From positions 4,320,001-4,384,000 of the forward strand of contig OY969763.1 in assembly GCA_963702845.1 (NCBI GenBank): DNA of 64,000 nucleotides. The letters run 5' to 3'. The notes below the pieces were generated by a model. It was not told the DNA's origin. It ran no database searches and saw only the letters and a program-made list of their open reading frames with translations. This document shows, piece by piece, positions 20,615 to 29,663 of the stretch (position 1 is its first letter; each line of letters begins with the position of its first letter). The position numbers and the translations under genes are program-made. The DNA is from an uncultured Verrucomicrobiae bacterium. GTDB lineage: Bacteria > Verrucomicrobiota > Verrucomicrobiia > Limisphaerales > Palsa-1400.

Positions 20615-23539
20615 ATGCGACTTTTCGATTTTGGCAGCCGCTCCATCAAGCAGAAGCAGATTCTGATTTTGATGCTGACCAGCTCCATGGCGCTTTTTCT
20701 GGCGTCAGCGGGGTTCGTCGTCTTTGAGTTGCTGTCTGTCCGCCAGGACATGGAACAAAAGCTGTCGACGCTGGCGAATTATATCGGCTCCGGGGCTTCT
20801 TCTGCTTTCGAATTCACCGACCACGAGGCCGCTCAAAAACAACTGATGTCGGTGGTTAACGAAGAGCAGAACCACATCGTGTCGTGCCTGTATCTATACC
20901 AAGGACGGCAGTAATTTTCGCCGTGTTTCCCGACACCGCCCGCAATTCGGTGCCAAAGATCCCAAGCCCGGCAAAGTTTTTCCACGAATTCACTCTACAT
21001 TCGCTGCGAGTTTTCAAAAAGGGTCGAGCCTAACCTGCTGGGTTCTACTCAAGTAGTTCCGATATTCATCGAAGAAAATCTCAACCCGATCTATGAACGG
21101 CTCAGCCTGTCCGGCGGCATCGTTCTCGCCGTGTTCTGTTTCTCGTTCCTCGCCTCATTGCTCCTCGCCTCCCAACTGCAACGCGTTATTTCCAAACCAA
21201 TCCTGCAGTTGCTCGACACCGCTAAAGCAATTACCGAAAAACAGAACTATTCCGCGCGCGCCCAGAAGACCAGCGACGACGAACTCGGCGTGTTGATCGA
21301 TGGCTTCAACGCCATGCTCGACCAAATTCAGGAACGCGATTCGGCACTCCAAAAAATCCAAAACGAATTGGAACGACGCGTCGAGCAACGCACCGAAGCG
21401 CTCAAGCTCGAAGTCGCCGATCGGCGCAAAGCGGAAATGGCCCTGCGCGAGAGCGACGAACGTTTCAAGCTGGTCGCTCGCGCTACAAATGACGCCGTTT
21501 GGGATTGGAATCTCAAGACCGACTCGCTGTGGTGGAATGAAGGCTTTCAGGCCTTGTTCGGATACAAAGGCAGTGAAGTCGAAGCGAGCATCGTTTCCTG
21601 GACATCGCGCCTGCACCCTGAAGACGCCGATCGCGTCCTTGCGCATCGCCGTCAAGTCATCCATTCCGACGATAATTTCTGGTCTGACGAATATCGCTTC
21701 CGTCGCGCCAACGGCACCTACGCTTACATTTTCGATCGTGGCAATGTCATTCGTAACGACGACGGCCAGCCCGTTCGTATGTTGGGCGCGATGGTTGACA
21801 TCACCGCGCGTAAGGAAGCCGAAAAAGTTCAGCAGCAGCAACTCGCCCGTATCAGTTTGCTCAATCAGATCACACGCGCGATTTCCGAACGTCAAGACCT
21901 GCAAAGCGTCATGCAGACTGTGCTCCAACAATTGGAACGGCATTTACCCGTCAGCTTTGGCGCAATTCTCCTCTACGATTCCAAGACCGACCTTCTTACC
22001 AGCGCAGCCGCTCGCGCGAGAGATGCGGTCAGCGGCGCGCTCAAATTCATCGAAACCGGCACGCGTTTCAGCCCGGACCGTTTTGGTCTGCGCCAATGTC
22101 TCAAAGGTCAAACGCTCTATGTCAGCGGCAGTGCCATGCACGCGCCGGTGCTCGAACAACTCGCGCAAGCCGGCCTCCAATCAATCGCCGCCTGTCCGTT
22201 GCTCGTTGAAGGCAACGCGTTTGGGGTGATGGTTTGTGCCCGCACCAACGACGAATTCAGCAGCGGTGAATGCGAGTTTCTCCGCATGTTGAGCGAACAA
22301 GTTGCGCTCGCCGCCAATCAAGCCCAGCTCTATACCCAACTTCAGACCGCCTATAACGAACTGCGCATGACGCAACAAAGCGTCATTGAACAGGAACGAC
22401 TTCGCGCATTGGGCAAGATGGCAAGCGGTATCGCGCATGACATCAACAACGCCCTCTCGCCGGTTGTCGTCTATTCGGAAATGCTCCAACGCGGCGGCCA
22501 CCCGCCCGATGCCGTTCAGCGCTACCTGCACAGCATCCGCACTGCTGGCGAAGACATCGCTCACATCGTTACGCGCATGCGCGAGTTCTATCGCAAACGC
22601 GAAGCCGACGACGTCCTGTTCCCGATCAAACTCAATCACCTGGCTCAGGAAGTCATCGATTTGACGCGTCCGCGCTGGCGCGACATCCCTCAGGAACGCG
22701 GCATTGTCATCGAAGTTGAAACCGACTTCAGCCCCGAGCTTCCGGAACTTCTTGGCAACGCCAGCGAACTGCGCGAAGCCGTCACCAACCTCGTCCTCAA
22801 CGCCGTCGACGCCATGCCGGATGGCGGCAGAATCGCATTGCGCACGAGCGCACGTTGGTGGCAGGACCAGGGCGTCCGTAAAGCGAGCCAGGTCTGGATC
22901 GAAGTTTCCGACACTGGCATCGGCATGGATGAGGAGACGCGCAGCCGATGTCTCGAACCGTTCTTCACGACAAAAGGCACCCGCGGTACGGGTCTCGGAC
23001 TGGCGATGGTCTACGGCGTCGCCGAACGTCACGAAGCGAAAATTGAAATCGAGAGCGGCGTTGGCAAGGGCAGCACGTTACGGCTCGTCTTCCCCGTTCG
23101 CGAAATTACTCACACCACCGCGTTCGTTAAGAAGCCCGAGCCCGAGCAATCCCGTCCACTGCACATCCTTTGCGTCGACGACGAACCGTTGCTGCGGGAG
23201 TTGCTCAAGGAACTTCTCGAACTCGAAGGTCACCAGGTCGAAACCGCCGATGGCGGCGAATCCGGAATCCATAAATTTTCAGAGGCCCAGCAACGTCACC
23301 GCTTCGATGTAGTCATTACCGACCTCGGTATGCCGCGCGTCGATGGTCGACAGGTCGCGCGCAACATCAAACAACAAGCGCCCCAAGTCCCGATCATTCT
23401 GCTCACCGGTTGGGGCAACATGATGAAGGCCGACGGCGAAATTCCCACGCAAGTCGATGCTGTCATCAGCAAGCCCCCGCGCGTAAACGAGCTTCGTGAA
23501 ACCCTGAAACGCATCACGGAAAAACCCAAGCAACCTTAG
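20615..23539 (+). CDS. Hybrid sensor histidine kinase (periplasmic sensor-HAMP-PAS-GAF-HisKA-HATPase-REC), N-terminal part frameshifted
   Basis: HAMP DELGVLIDGFNAM; PAS WDWNL/LHPED; H-box GIAHDINN; NLVLNAVDA, DTGIGM, PFFTTK, GTGLGL; receiver VDDE/TDLGMP. Confidence 0.9.
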
Positions 23540-23645
23540 CCCTGCCGCATCTTCAAATCCGTATATAAGGATTTAAGATACGACACCCCCGCAAGGTATT
23601 AGTAGACCGTAACCACCCTCACGTGATACAGGTCTTACACGTTCG

Positions 23646-23804
23646 ATGAAAAACTGCATGAACATTTCAATTTGGCCGACAATGCGAGTCGCGAAAGCGG
23701 CGCACCATAGTCGGAACAATGGCTGTGTGTTCACTTCCGAGCTATCCGTCTCGTATTGGCAAAAGACCGCCACCGTAACGATTAGCCAGGAGGTAAGCAG
23801 GTAA
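23646..23804 (+). CDS. Putative 52-aa attenuator leader peptide (uORF)
   Basis: MKNCMNISIWPTMRVAKAAHHSRNNGCVFTSELSVSYWQKTATVTISQEVSR; last codons cover the antiterminator arm. Confidence 0.55.
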   Translation: MKNCMNISIWPTMRVAKAAHHSRNNGCVFTSELSVSYWQKTATVTISQEVSR

Positions 23805-23837
23805 AGATCGAAACAGATTTTTGACACCCTGCTTACC
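23792..23837 (+). promoter_or_regulatory. Antiterminator pairing
   Basis: ggtaagcagg (23792-23801) is perfectly complementary to cctgcttacc (23828-23837), which overlaps the terminator 5' arm. Confidence 0.7.
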
Positions 23838-23857
23838 GAAAGTAAGCAGGGTTTTTT
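23826..23857 (+). terminator. Intrinsic terminator of the leader
   Basis: accctgcttac-cgaaa-gtaagcagggt followed by a T tract. Confidence 0.85.
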
Positions 23858-24337
23858 ATTGCTCTAATCACAGTCGAAAGGAACTAGCGGGTGATTAACA
23901 GTTTAGCTGCGACATGTTAAGCGCAGTCGCCAAACCGGAAATGCAGAGACAGAGCTTTATCGCTCAACCGGTGTGGTCTGCCCACGTCGCGCCGAATCCG
24001 CTGGCAAAAAGATTTTTTAATTACAGTCCAAAGGGCTTTCCAGGAGGTGTGCCCCTAAACACCGAAACAACCGCCGTGAAACCGCGGGTTGGTATCGCAA
24101 GATAGCAAGAGGTGTTTGTTCTTTACTCGAATCCCGGCACTGCTTGCAAGTGGTGACCGGGAACATTTTTCTGGTAAGGCGTTCCGCTTCTTTCATCCAA
24201 TTCCTTTTTTGCGGTCGGACGCCATACCTCTTTCAGCTGTGCTCCACGATGGAACGACTCGACGCGAGCGAGCGCCTCCAGGCACATCAGCAACTTTGCG
24301 ACGCACCAACGCGACGCGACAAAACCAAAGGAGTCCT

Positions 24338-24511
24338 ATGACAACCGTCCGTTTCCTCATGCGCTGGTTCTATGACAAATCCGCGCAAGCAAAACTACGC
24401 ATCCAGCCTGCGCGTGCAGCAGACCCAAAAACTGAGGCTGCGTCCGTTTCGAACTCCGAATCGCCTGTGCCGAAACGGAAGTTTGGAAATCCAATCCGCT
24501 GGCACATATAG
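24338..24511 (+). CDS. Small basic hypothetical protein (57 aa)
   Basis: aaaggag RBS just before ATG; MTTVRFLMRWFYDK...PKRKFGNPIRWHI. Confidence 0.6.
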   Translation: MTTVRFLMRWFYDKSAQAKLRIQPARAADPKTEAASVSNSESPVPKRKFGNPIRWHI

Positions 24512-24548
24512 AACGTTTTTTAATTCACCATCAACGAAAGGAAATCAC

Positions 24549-24692
24549 ATGAAACCTGTTCTCCGTTATCAAAGCCAATTGCTCTATCGCCGCAGCTACA
24601 AACCCGTCCGCACCATTCGCATTCGTCCGTTCGGCAAAGTGAGCTTCACGTTCCGCCCATTCAAATTCGCCCCGAAACGGAGGATACCGTGA
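24549..24692 (+). CDS. Small, very basic hypothetical protein (47 aa)
   Basis: gaaaggaaa RBS; MKPVLRYQSQLLYRRSYKPVRTIRIRPFGKVSFTFRPFKFAPKRRIP has no acidic residue. Confidence 0.6.
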   Translation: MKPVLRYQSQLLYRRSYKPVRTIRIRPFGKVSFTFRPFKFAPKRRIP

Positions 24693-24850
24693 ACACGGAG
24701 GAAATCATCGCGAACGAGTCTTCGAAGAAATTCGAAGAGATTCGTGTACCTGAATTAGAAGCGTGCGATGCCTTTTCTCCACTGGAGCCGCCCAAGGGCC
24801 GCTTTGGTGAGTTGCTGAAGGCGATCGAAATCTGGGTTCAGACTAGATGA
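24689..24850 (+). CDS. Small acidic hypothetical protein (53 aa; not in ORF track)
   Basis: ggagga RBS; GTG overlaps upstream TGA (GTGA); MNTEEIIANESSKKFEEIRVPELEACDAFSPLEPPKGRFGELLKAIEIWVQTR. Confidence 0.55.
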   Translation: MNTEEIIANESSKKFEEIRVPELEACDAFSPLEPPKGRFGELLKAIEIWVQTR

Positions 24851-24906
24851 ATTCTGCGTTCTAAATTCTGAATTCAAAACTCTCAACTACCAACTATCAA
24901 CTGCCC

Positions 24907-26025
24907 ATGACCATACTAACCAAATCAACCGTCCGCCTCTTCGCCACCGGCAAAAGCTGGATCGAAGGCGAAGCCGTTCGCCAACTCAACGCGACCGCCC
25001 AACTCGAAGGCATGACCCTCGCCGTCGGCTTCCCGGATCTGCATCCAGGCAAATACACCGCCAACGGCGCAGCCTTCGTCTCTGAAGGCATCATCTATCC
25101 GCACCTCATCGGCAACGACATCGGCTGCGGCATGGCGCTGTTCGCCACTGACCTGCCCCGTCGCAAAGCAAAACCTGATACATGGTCAAAACTGCAGTTC
25201 CAACTGGAGCACGCGTGGGACGGCGATACCGCTGGCGCGCTCGAAGCGGCCGAGTTGGATTCGACTGAATTCGACAATTCATTTGGAACACTCGGCGGCG
25301 GAAATCACTTCGCCGAAGTTCAAGCCGTCGAAGAAATCTTCGACCTTAAGGAATTCCAGCGGGTCGGCGTGGAGAAGGATGCACTCTTGGTGCTCGTTCA
25401 CAGTGGCTCGCGCGGTCTCGGTGAAGCGACCCTGCGCAGTTACGTGGACGAGCATCACGGGTCGGGAGTGAATCCCGCTTCGTTCGTCGGCACGGAATAC
25501 CTCCGTCAGCACGACTTCGCCGTCCGTTGGGCCAAAGGCAATCGTCAATTGCTCGCGCAACGTTTTGTGCAAACGCTCGGCGCGGATGGCGAATGTGTCT
25601 GGGACAATTGCCATAACAGCATCACGCATTGCGGCGAAGCGTGGATTCATCGCAAAGGCGCAGTCACCAGCGAAGGCGAATTCGTCGTCATTCCCGGTTC
25701 GCGCGGTTCGTTCACCTACGTCGTCAAACCCATCGGCGACGGAGCAAGTCACGCCTGGTCGCTCGCGCACGGCGCTGGCCGCAAATGGACGCGCTCCGCA
25801 TCCCGCGCCCGCATGCGCGAACGCTTCAGTGTCCAGGAGCTGGTGCAAACGCCCTTGGGCGGCCGCGTCATCTGCGAACAACGCGAGTTGCTCTACGAAG
25901 AAGCACCCGCCGCCTACAAAAATATCGAAGTCGTTATCAACGACCTGGTTGAGGCTGGACTGATTTCGGTCATCGCGACATTTCGACCGCTCCTCACCTA
26001 CAAGACTCGCGTCCAACGACGCTAG
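24907..26025 (+). CDS. rtcB2: RtcB-family RNA ligase of the short, release-factor-H-coupled (RtcB2) type
   Basis: WIEGEAVRQL, PDLHPGK, GNDIGCGM, GTLGGGNHFAE, VHSGSRG, HRKGA, HGAGR, EEAPAAYK; 372 aa. Confidence 0.9.
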   Translation: MTILTKSTVRLFATGKSWIEGEAVRQLNATAQLEGMTLAVGFPDLHPGKYTANGAAFVSEGIIYPHLIGNDIGCGMALFATDLPRRKAKPDTWSKLQFQLEHAWDGDTAGALEAAELDSTEFDNSFGTLGGGNHFAEVQAVEEIFDLKEFQRVGVEKDALLVLVHSGSRGLGEATLRSYVDEHHGSGVNPASFVGTEYLRQHDFAVRWAKGNRQLLAQRFVQTLGADGECVWDNCHNSITHCGEAWIHRKGAVTSEGEFVVIPGSRGSFTYVVKPIGDGASHAWSLAHGAGRKWTRSASRARMRERFSVQELVQTPLGGRVICEQRELLYEEAPAAYKNIEVVINDLVEAGLISVIATFRPLLTYKTRVQRR

Positions 26026-26033
26026 CCCCTGCC

Positions 26034-26069
26034 GCCGACGCGCCGTCGCGTGCGCGTCGGCTCCTTTTT
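26034..26069 (+). terminator. Probable intrinsic terminator after rtcB2
   Basis: gccgacgcgc-8nt-gcgcgtcggc then tccttttt. Confidence 0.65.
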
Positions 26070-26111
26070 GCGCCCGCACGTTCCTTAAACAAACAAAACA
26101 AACGAAAACAT

Positions 26112-26375
26112 ATGGCAGAAAAATCATTACGTTTACCACAGAATACATTTGGCCGTTTCTACATCGATTCCACGTGCATTGATTGCGACATGTGTCGCGA
26201 TACAGCTCCGGAATTCTTCCAACGCAACAATGACATCGCCATGTCCGTGGTGGTGCGGCAGCCAGAAACGCCTTTCGAAGTCGCGCGCGCCAAAGCTGCA
26301 CTCGAAGATTGCCCATCTGAATCCATCGGCGACGATGGGTTGCCAAAGCCACGGGCCACCACTGTGCCGAGTTAA
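26112..26375 (+). CDS. Single-cluster ferredoxin
   Basis: CIDCDMC...AP..F...CPSESIG. Confidence 0.88.
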   Translation: MAEKSLRLPQNTFGRFYIDSTCIDCDMCRDTAPEFFQRNNDIAMSVVVRQPETPFEVARAKAALEDCPSESIGDDGLPKPRATTVPS

Positions 26376-26486
26376 GCGCGACCAGCGTCGGTTGTGGATT
26401 GATTTCCAGAACCCTCGCCCGTTTATACCGAACCTCACCGAATATTTCCGCATTACAGCACATCCGAAGCAGGCCTAGCGTCCGGT

Positions 26487-26720
26487 ATGGCCGAACGCGA
26501 AACCCCAATTGCGTGGGTAACACTAACCACCTGCCGCACGCTTGCTGACGCCGACCTTCTTGCCACCCAACTGCGCGCCGCGCAGATTCCCGTGTTGATT
26601 CCCGACGAATCACTAATGACCAATATCGGATGGAATGTGAACACGTACGGATATGTTCGCGTGCAGGTGCAATCTCAGGATTACGACGCCGCCCGCGAGT
26701 TCCTACAAGTGGAGGAGTAA
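26487..26720 (+). CDS. DUF2007-like small protein
   Basis: ADLLATQLRAAQIPVLIPDE...VRVQVQSQDYDAAREFL pattern. Confidence 0.75.
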   Translation: MAERETPIAWVTLTTCRTLADADLLATQLRAAQIPVLIPDESLMTNIGWNVNTYGYVRVQVQSQDYDAAREFLQVEE

Positions 26721-26722
26721 AG

Positions 26723-26763
26723 TGGTGCATCCGGAGGGACTTGAACCTGTAACCTTCTGATCC
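26723..26763 (-). repeat. Distal att site: copy of the 3' 41 nt of tRNA-Arg(TCG)
   Basis: tggtgcatccgGAGggacttgaacctgtaaccttctgatcc versus tggtgcatccgACAggac... at 54634-54674; 38/41 identical. Confidence 0.93.
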
Positions 26764-27421
26764 ACTCCCGTTCGATGGTGTTGAATTGTTCGACACTGGT
26801 TCGATGAAATACGTTTCCAAGCTCGACGTTCACGCACTCATCGCCTCCGCCCGCAACGAGCTAAAACTGAACCAGCCGGAAGTCTATAAGGTTTTTCTGC
26901 TCGGATTGTTTGCCGGGATGCGACGCGGCGAGATCGACCTGGCCGAGTGGCGGATGCTGGACTGGAAAAACAATATCATCCGTCTGGAAGAAACCAATTG
27001 GTTGCACCTCAAGACGCAAGACAGCGCAGGCGAGATTGCGATTGATGAACAAGTTCTTCGCGACCTGCGCGAATTTAAGTCCAGTAGCAAATCCCCGTTT
27101 ATCGTCAGCAGCGATCGGCCACCGCGCAACGACTCAGCACGGCCTTATTATCGTTGTGAGCAACTCTTCGACCGTCTGAACCAATGGCTGCGATCGAAAG
27201 GCCTTAGCAGCAACAAGCCTTTACACGAATTGCGAAAAGAAACGGGCGCACTGATTGCCACAGAACACGGAATTTATGCGGCCAGCCGTTTTTTGCGACA
27301 TAGCGACATCACTACGACCGCTCGTCATTACGCCGATCAGAAGAAACGTATCACCGCAGGACTCGGTAAGTTGTTAGACAACACAATCAAAGCAAATACC
27401 CAGACGAGTGCTGCCGCATGA
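26762..27421 (+). pseudogene. 5'-truncated tyrosine integrase (catalytic domain only)
   Basis: AGMRRGEI, HELRK, LRHSDITTTARHY; reading frame (PLPFDGVELF...) runs back into the att copy and meets TAA at 26750. Confidence 0.8.
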
Positions 27422-27879
27422 ACAAAAAGTCAAACAGTGGGTGTGAGGTTCAATATGAAACCGCCGAATTGCAAAAGCAGTATCCGGTCATCGCCGGATC
27501 AAAATGGGAGCCGCTGCAAAAAATCAGGAGCATTGGGTATTTTCGTGCGACAGGCTTGACTCTGGAAAGCCCGCCACAGCTGTGGAATTACGTCCTCAGC
27601 CAAAGCGAGCCATTTTCACATGCGAAGGTATACAAAGGCCGGCGAGAGAAACTAGGAAAGCCGACATTCAACTCAACTGTCCGCTCTCTTGCCGATCGTT
27701 ATCGAGACCCGGTTGTGCTTCAAAAACATCTTACGACAATGATCAAACTGCAAAAACGTGGCCCCTTGAAACATAGCGATTACGAATTAGCGTGCGCCGA
27801 GGGCGATTCAACAACTCGAATCATAATTGAAGGTTGGATCCAAGACCCACCTGGACGTTTGCGCGACTTTGCCACTTAG
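27418..27879 (+). CDS. Hypothetical protein
   Basis: 153-aa ORF coupled to the integrase stop by ATGA overlap. Confidence 0.55.
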   Translation: MNKKSNSGCEVQYETAELQKQYPVIAGSKWEPLQKIRSIGYFRATGLTLESPPQLWNYVLSQSEPFSHAKVYKGRREKLGKPTFNSTVRSLADRYRDPVVLQKHLTTMIKLQKRGPLKHSDYELACAEGDSTTRIIIEGWIQDPPGRLRDFAT

Positions 27880-28257
27880 GACGAAATTTTTGCGGCATGG
27901 CGAAAAATTCCGCGTGGCAACTTAATGCATGGGAGCCTCTGCTTTTTTTTGGGGAATGCCGAGCATACAGTTTAATGGAACATATCTACGCTACAAATTC
28001 TTGTCAACGACCATTATTTCGCATTACTCCGACGAGAATAAGAGCTAATCGGTATTACCAAAACGAATTTATGCTCCCATAATGCGGGTTTTAAAAGGTA
28101 GTTGAAGGCAACTGACGAACCAAAAGGCCAGCACGGCCATATCACATTGGGGCTCTCCAAACAGGCCCAGAACATCTACGCCGCTACGCTTGAGCCGTGG
28201 GGGATTTGATTCGGGCAGAGTTCATCTTCAAGCGAACCACCTAGCCCCCCGCCGCAT

Positions 28258-28616
28258 GCCGGATTTGCGACCGCAATGCTGACGCCAACTGCATTACAAG
28301 TCTGCTTGTCGCACAACGGGGGAGCTGCCGGCATCTAACCAGCGGCGGTTCGCTGTTTACATCCTCACACGTTCTGTTGTCACGGTATGAAAAAGTGAAT
28401 GGTGCCCTCGTAAACAAAGGGGTGTCACGCTGTCACGGTTCGAAAGTCCCGTCACATTATAAGGATCTCACCAGACAACTACGCCCAGAGTAACACGCGC
28501 GGAGGCCAGGCCAGACCGGTTACGGGGGGACCCTTTTTTCCAAAATTCTTTGAGGCCAGCAGACACCTATACGAGCATTTTCGGGCTCTCTACCCCCCGC
28601 TTCCCCGGGAGGAGGT
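28258..28616 (+). repeat. ~355-bp diverged non-coding direct repeat, copy 1
   Basis: Colinear with 53452-53802; identical blocks 28398-28443 (46 bp) and 28541-28564 (24 bp). Confidence 0.92.
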
Positions 28617-28642
28617 AGCTTCGCCATTCCTGCCATAAGGTT

Positions 28643-29656
28643 TTATGCGCCGTTTAATTGCTCGGGAGTTAATTCATTCAACAAAGATTCGCCGCGGGTG
28701 ATACGACCGAGGTTGATCGTGAAAATCTCCCAAAGCCGCTGTTTGAAATTTGGGCTTAGGCTCGAACCGGAAATGTGCGGCGTGAAAATCACATTGGGAA
28801 ATCTCCAGAGTGGATGCTCCGGCGGCATTGGATACTGGTAATGAGTATCGAGGGCCGCGCCGGCGATCCATTTTTCGCGCAAAGCGCGCAATAGCGCTTC
28901 CTGTTGTATGATCGGTCCGCGCGCGGGATTGAGCAGAAAAGCGTGTCGTGGCAATGCCTGCAATTCGCGTTCACCAATCAAACCCTCGGTGACTTTAGTC
29001 AGTGACAGCGCAAGAATCAAAAAATCCAGATCGCGCAGGAACTCTAATTCTTCACCGGCTTTAAAAATACGGTCGGGCAGAATCCCTTCGGGATCGCCGG
29101 TGCCAGGCACGGTGTAGATATTGCGAATCGGCGCGACACCATTCCGGGCCAAAACGTGAACGCGCAATCCCATCTGTTTGGCGAGACGGGCAGTTTCGCG
29201 TCCGATGCCGCCATAACCCCACAGGCCGACCGTCGCGCCTCGCAATTCACGCTGAAAAACAGCGGAGCGATCCCAGACGGCGGCGTCCTGATGGCGAATC
29301 ATTTGGCGGATATCACGGACGAGGTTCACCATCATGGCGATATTCCATTCAGCGATCGGAACATCAAAGCAACCTCGCGCGTTTGTGGCGCGAACGCCGC
29401 GTGCAGGCAAATCGAGCGCGCACAATTGCGTGTAACCAACGGATGCGATCTGAATCCATTTCAAATTGCCCATGACGGCGTGATTGGTTGGAGGCAGTGT
29501 ACAAAAAAGTATGGAGGCGTCTTGAATGCGTTTGGGGTCCAGATCGCGCGCCCGTTCTTCGGGCGGATCGATGACTTCGATTTTGCAATCCGTTCTCTGT
29601 TGCAAAGCAGCCAGCGCTGGAGCGTGCGCAGGAACGTCGATGACAATTTTCATCAT
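28643..29656 (-). CDS. D-isomer-specific 2-hydroxyacid dehydrogenase
   Basis: GLWGYGGIG, LNPARG, AGAALD, TPHISG. Confidence 0.9.
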   Translation of the reverse strand: MMKIVIDVPAHAPALAALQQRTDCKIEVIDPPEERARDLDPKRIQDASILFCTLPPTNHAVMGNLKWIQIASVGYTQLCALDLPARGVRATNARGCFDVPIAEWNIAMMVNLVRDIRQMIRHQDAAVWDRSAVFQRELRGATVGLWGYGGIGRETARLAKQMGLRVHVLARNGVAPIRNIYTVPGTGDPEGILPDRIFKAGEELEFLRDLDFLILALSLTKVTEGLIGERELQALPRHAFLLNPARGPIIQQEALLRALREKWIAGAALDTHYQYPMPPEHPLWRFPNVIFTPHISGSSLSPNFKQRLWEIFTINLGRITRGESLLNELTPEQLNGA

Positions 29657-29663
29657 TGGCGAG

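Noticed and set aside
8990..21130. Calling the frameshifted genes pseudogenes or programmed frameshifts
   Set aside because: Motifs stay intact, indels are scattered and no consistent slippery site is seen; sequencing error is more parsimonious
24057..24117. Hammerhead ribozyme (three-way junction with GAAAC)
   Set aside because: The CUGANGA core is absent (agcaaga instead) and there is no UH cleavage site at the required position
26723..26763. Second functional tRNA-Arg
   Set aside because: Only the 3' 41 nt are present, with no D arm or anticodon, and the T-stem is mispaired
25279..26820. 513-aa minus-strand ORF
   Set aside because: Antisense shadow of rtcB2, ferredoxin, DUF2007 gene and the att site; no recognisable motif
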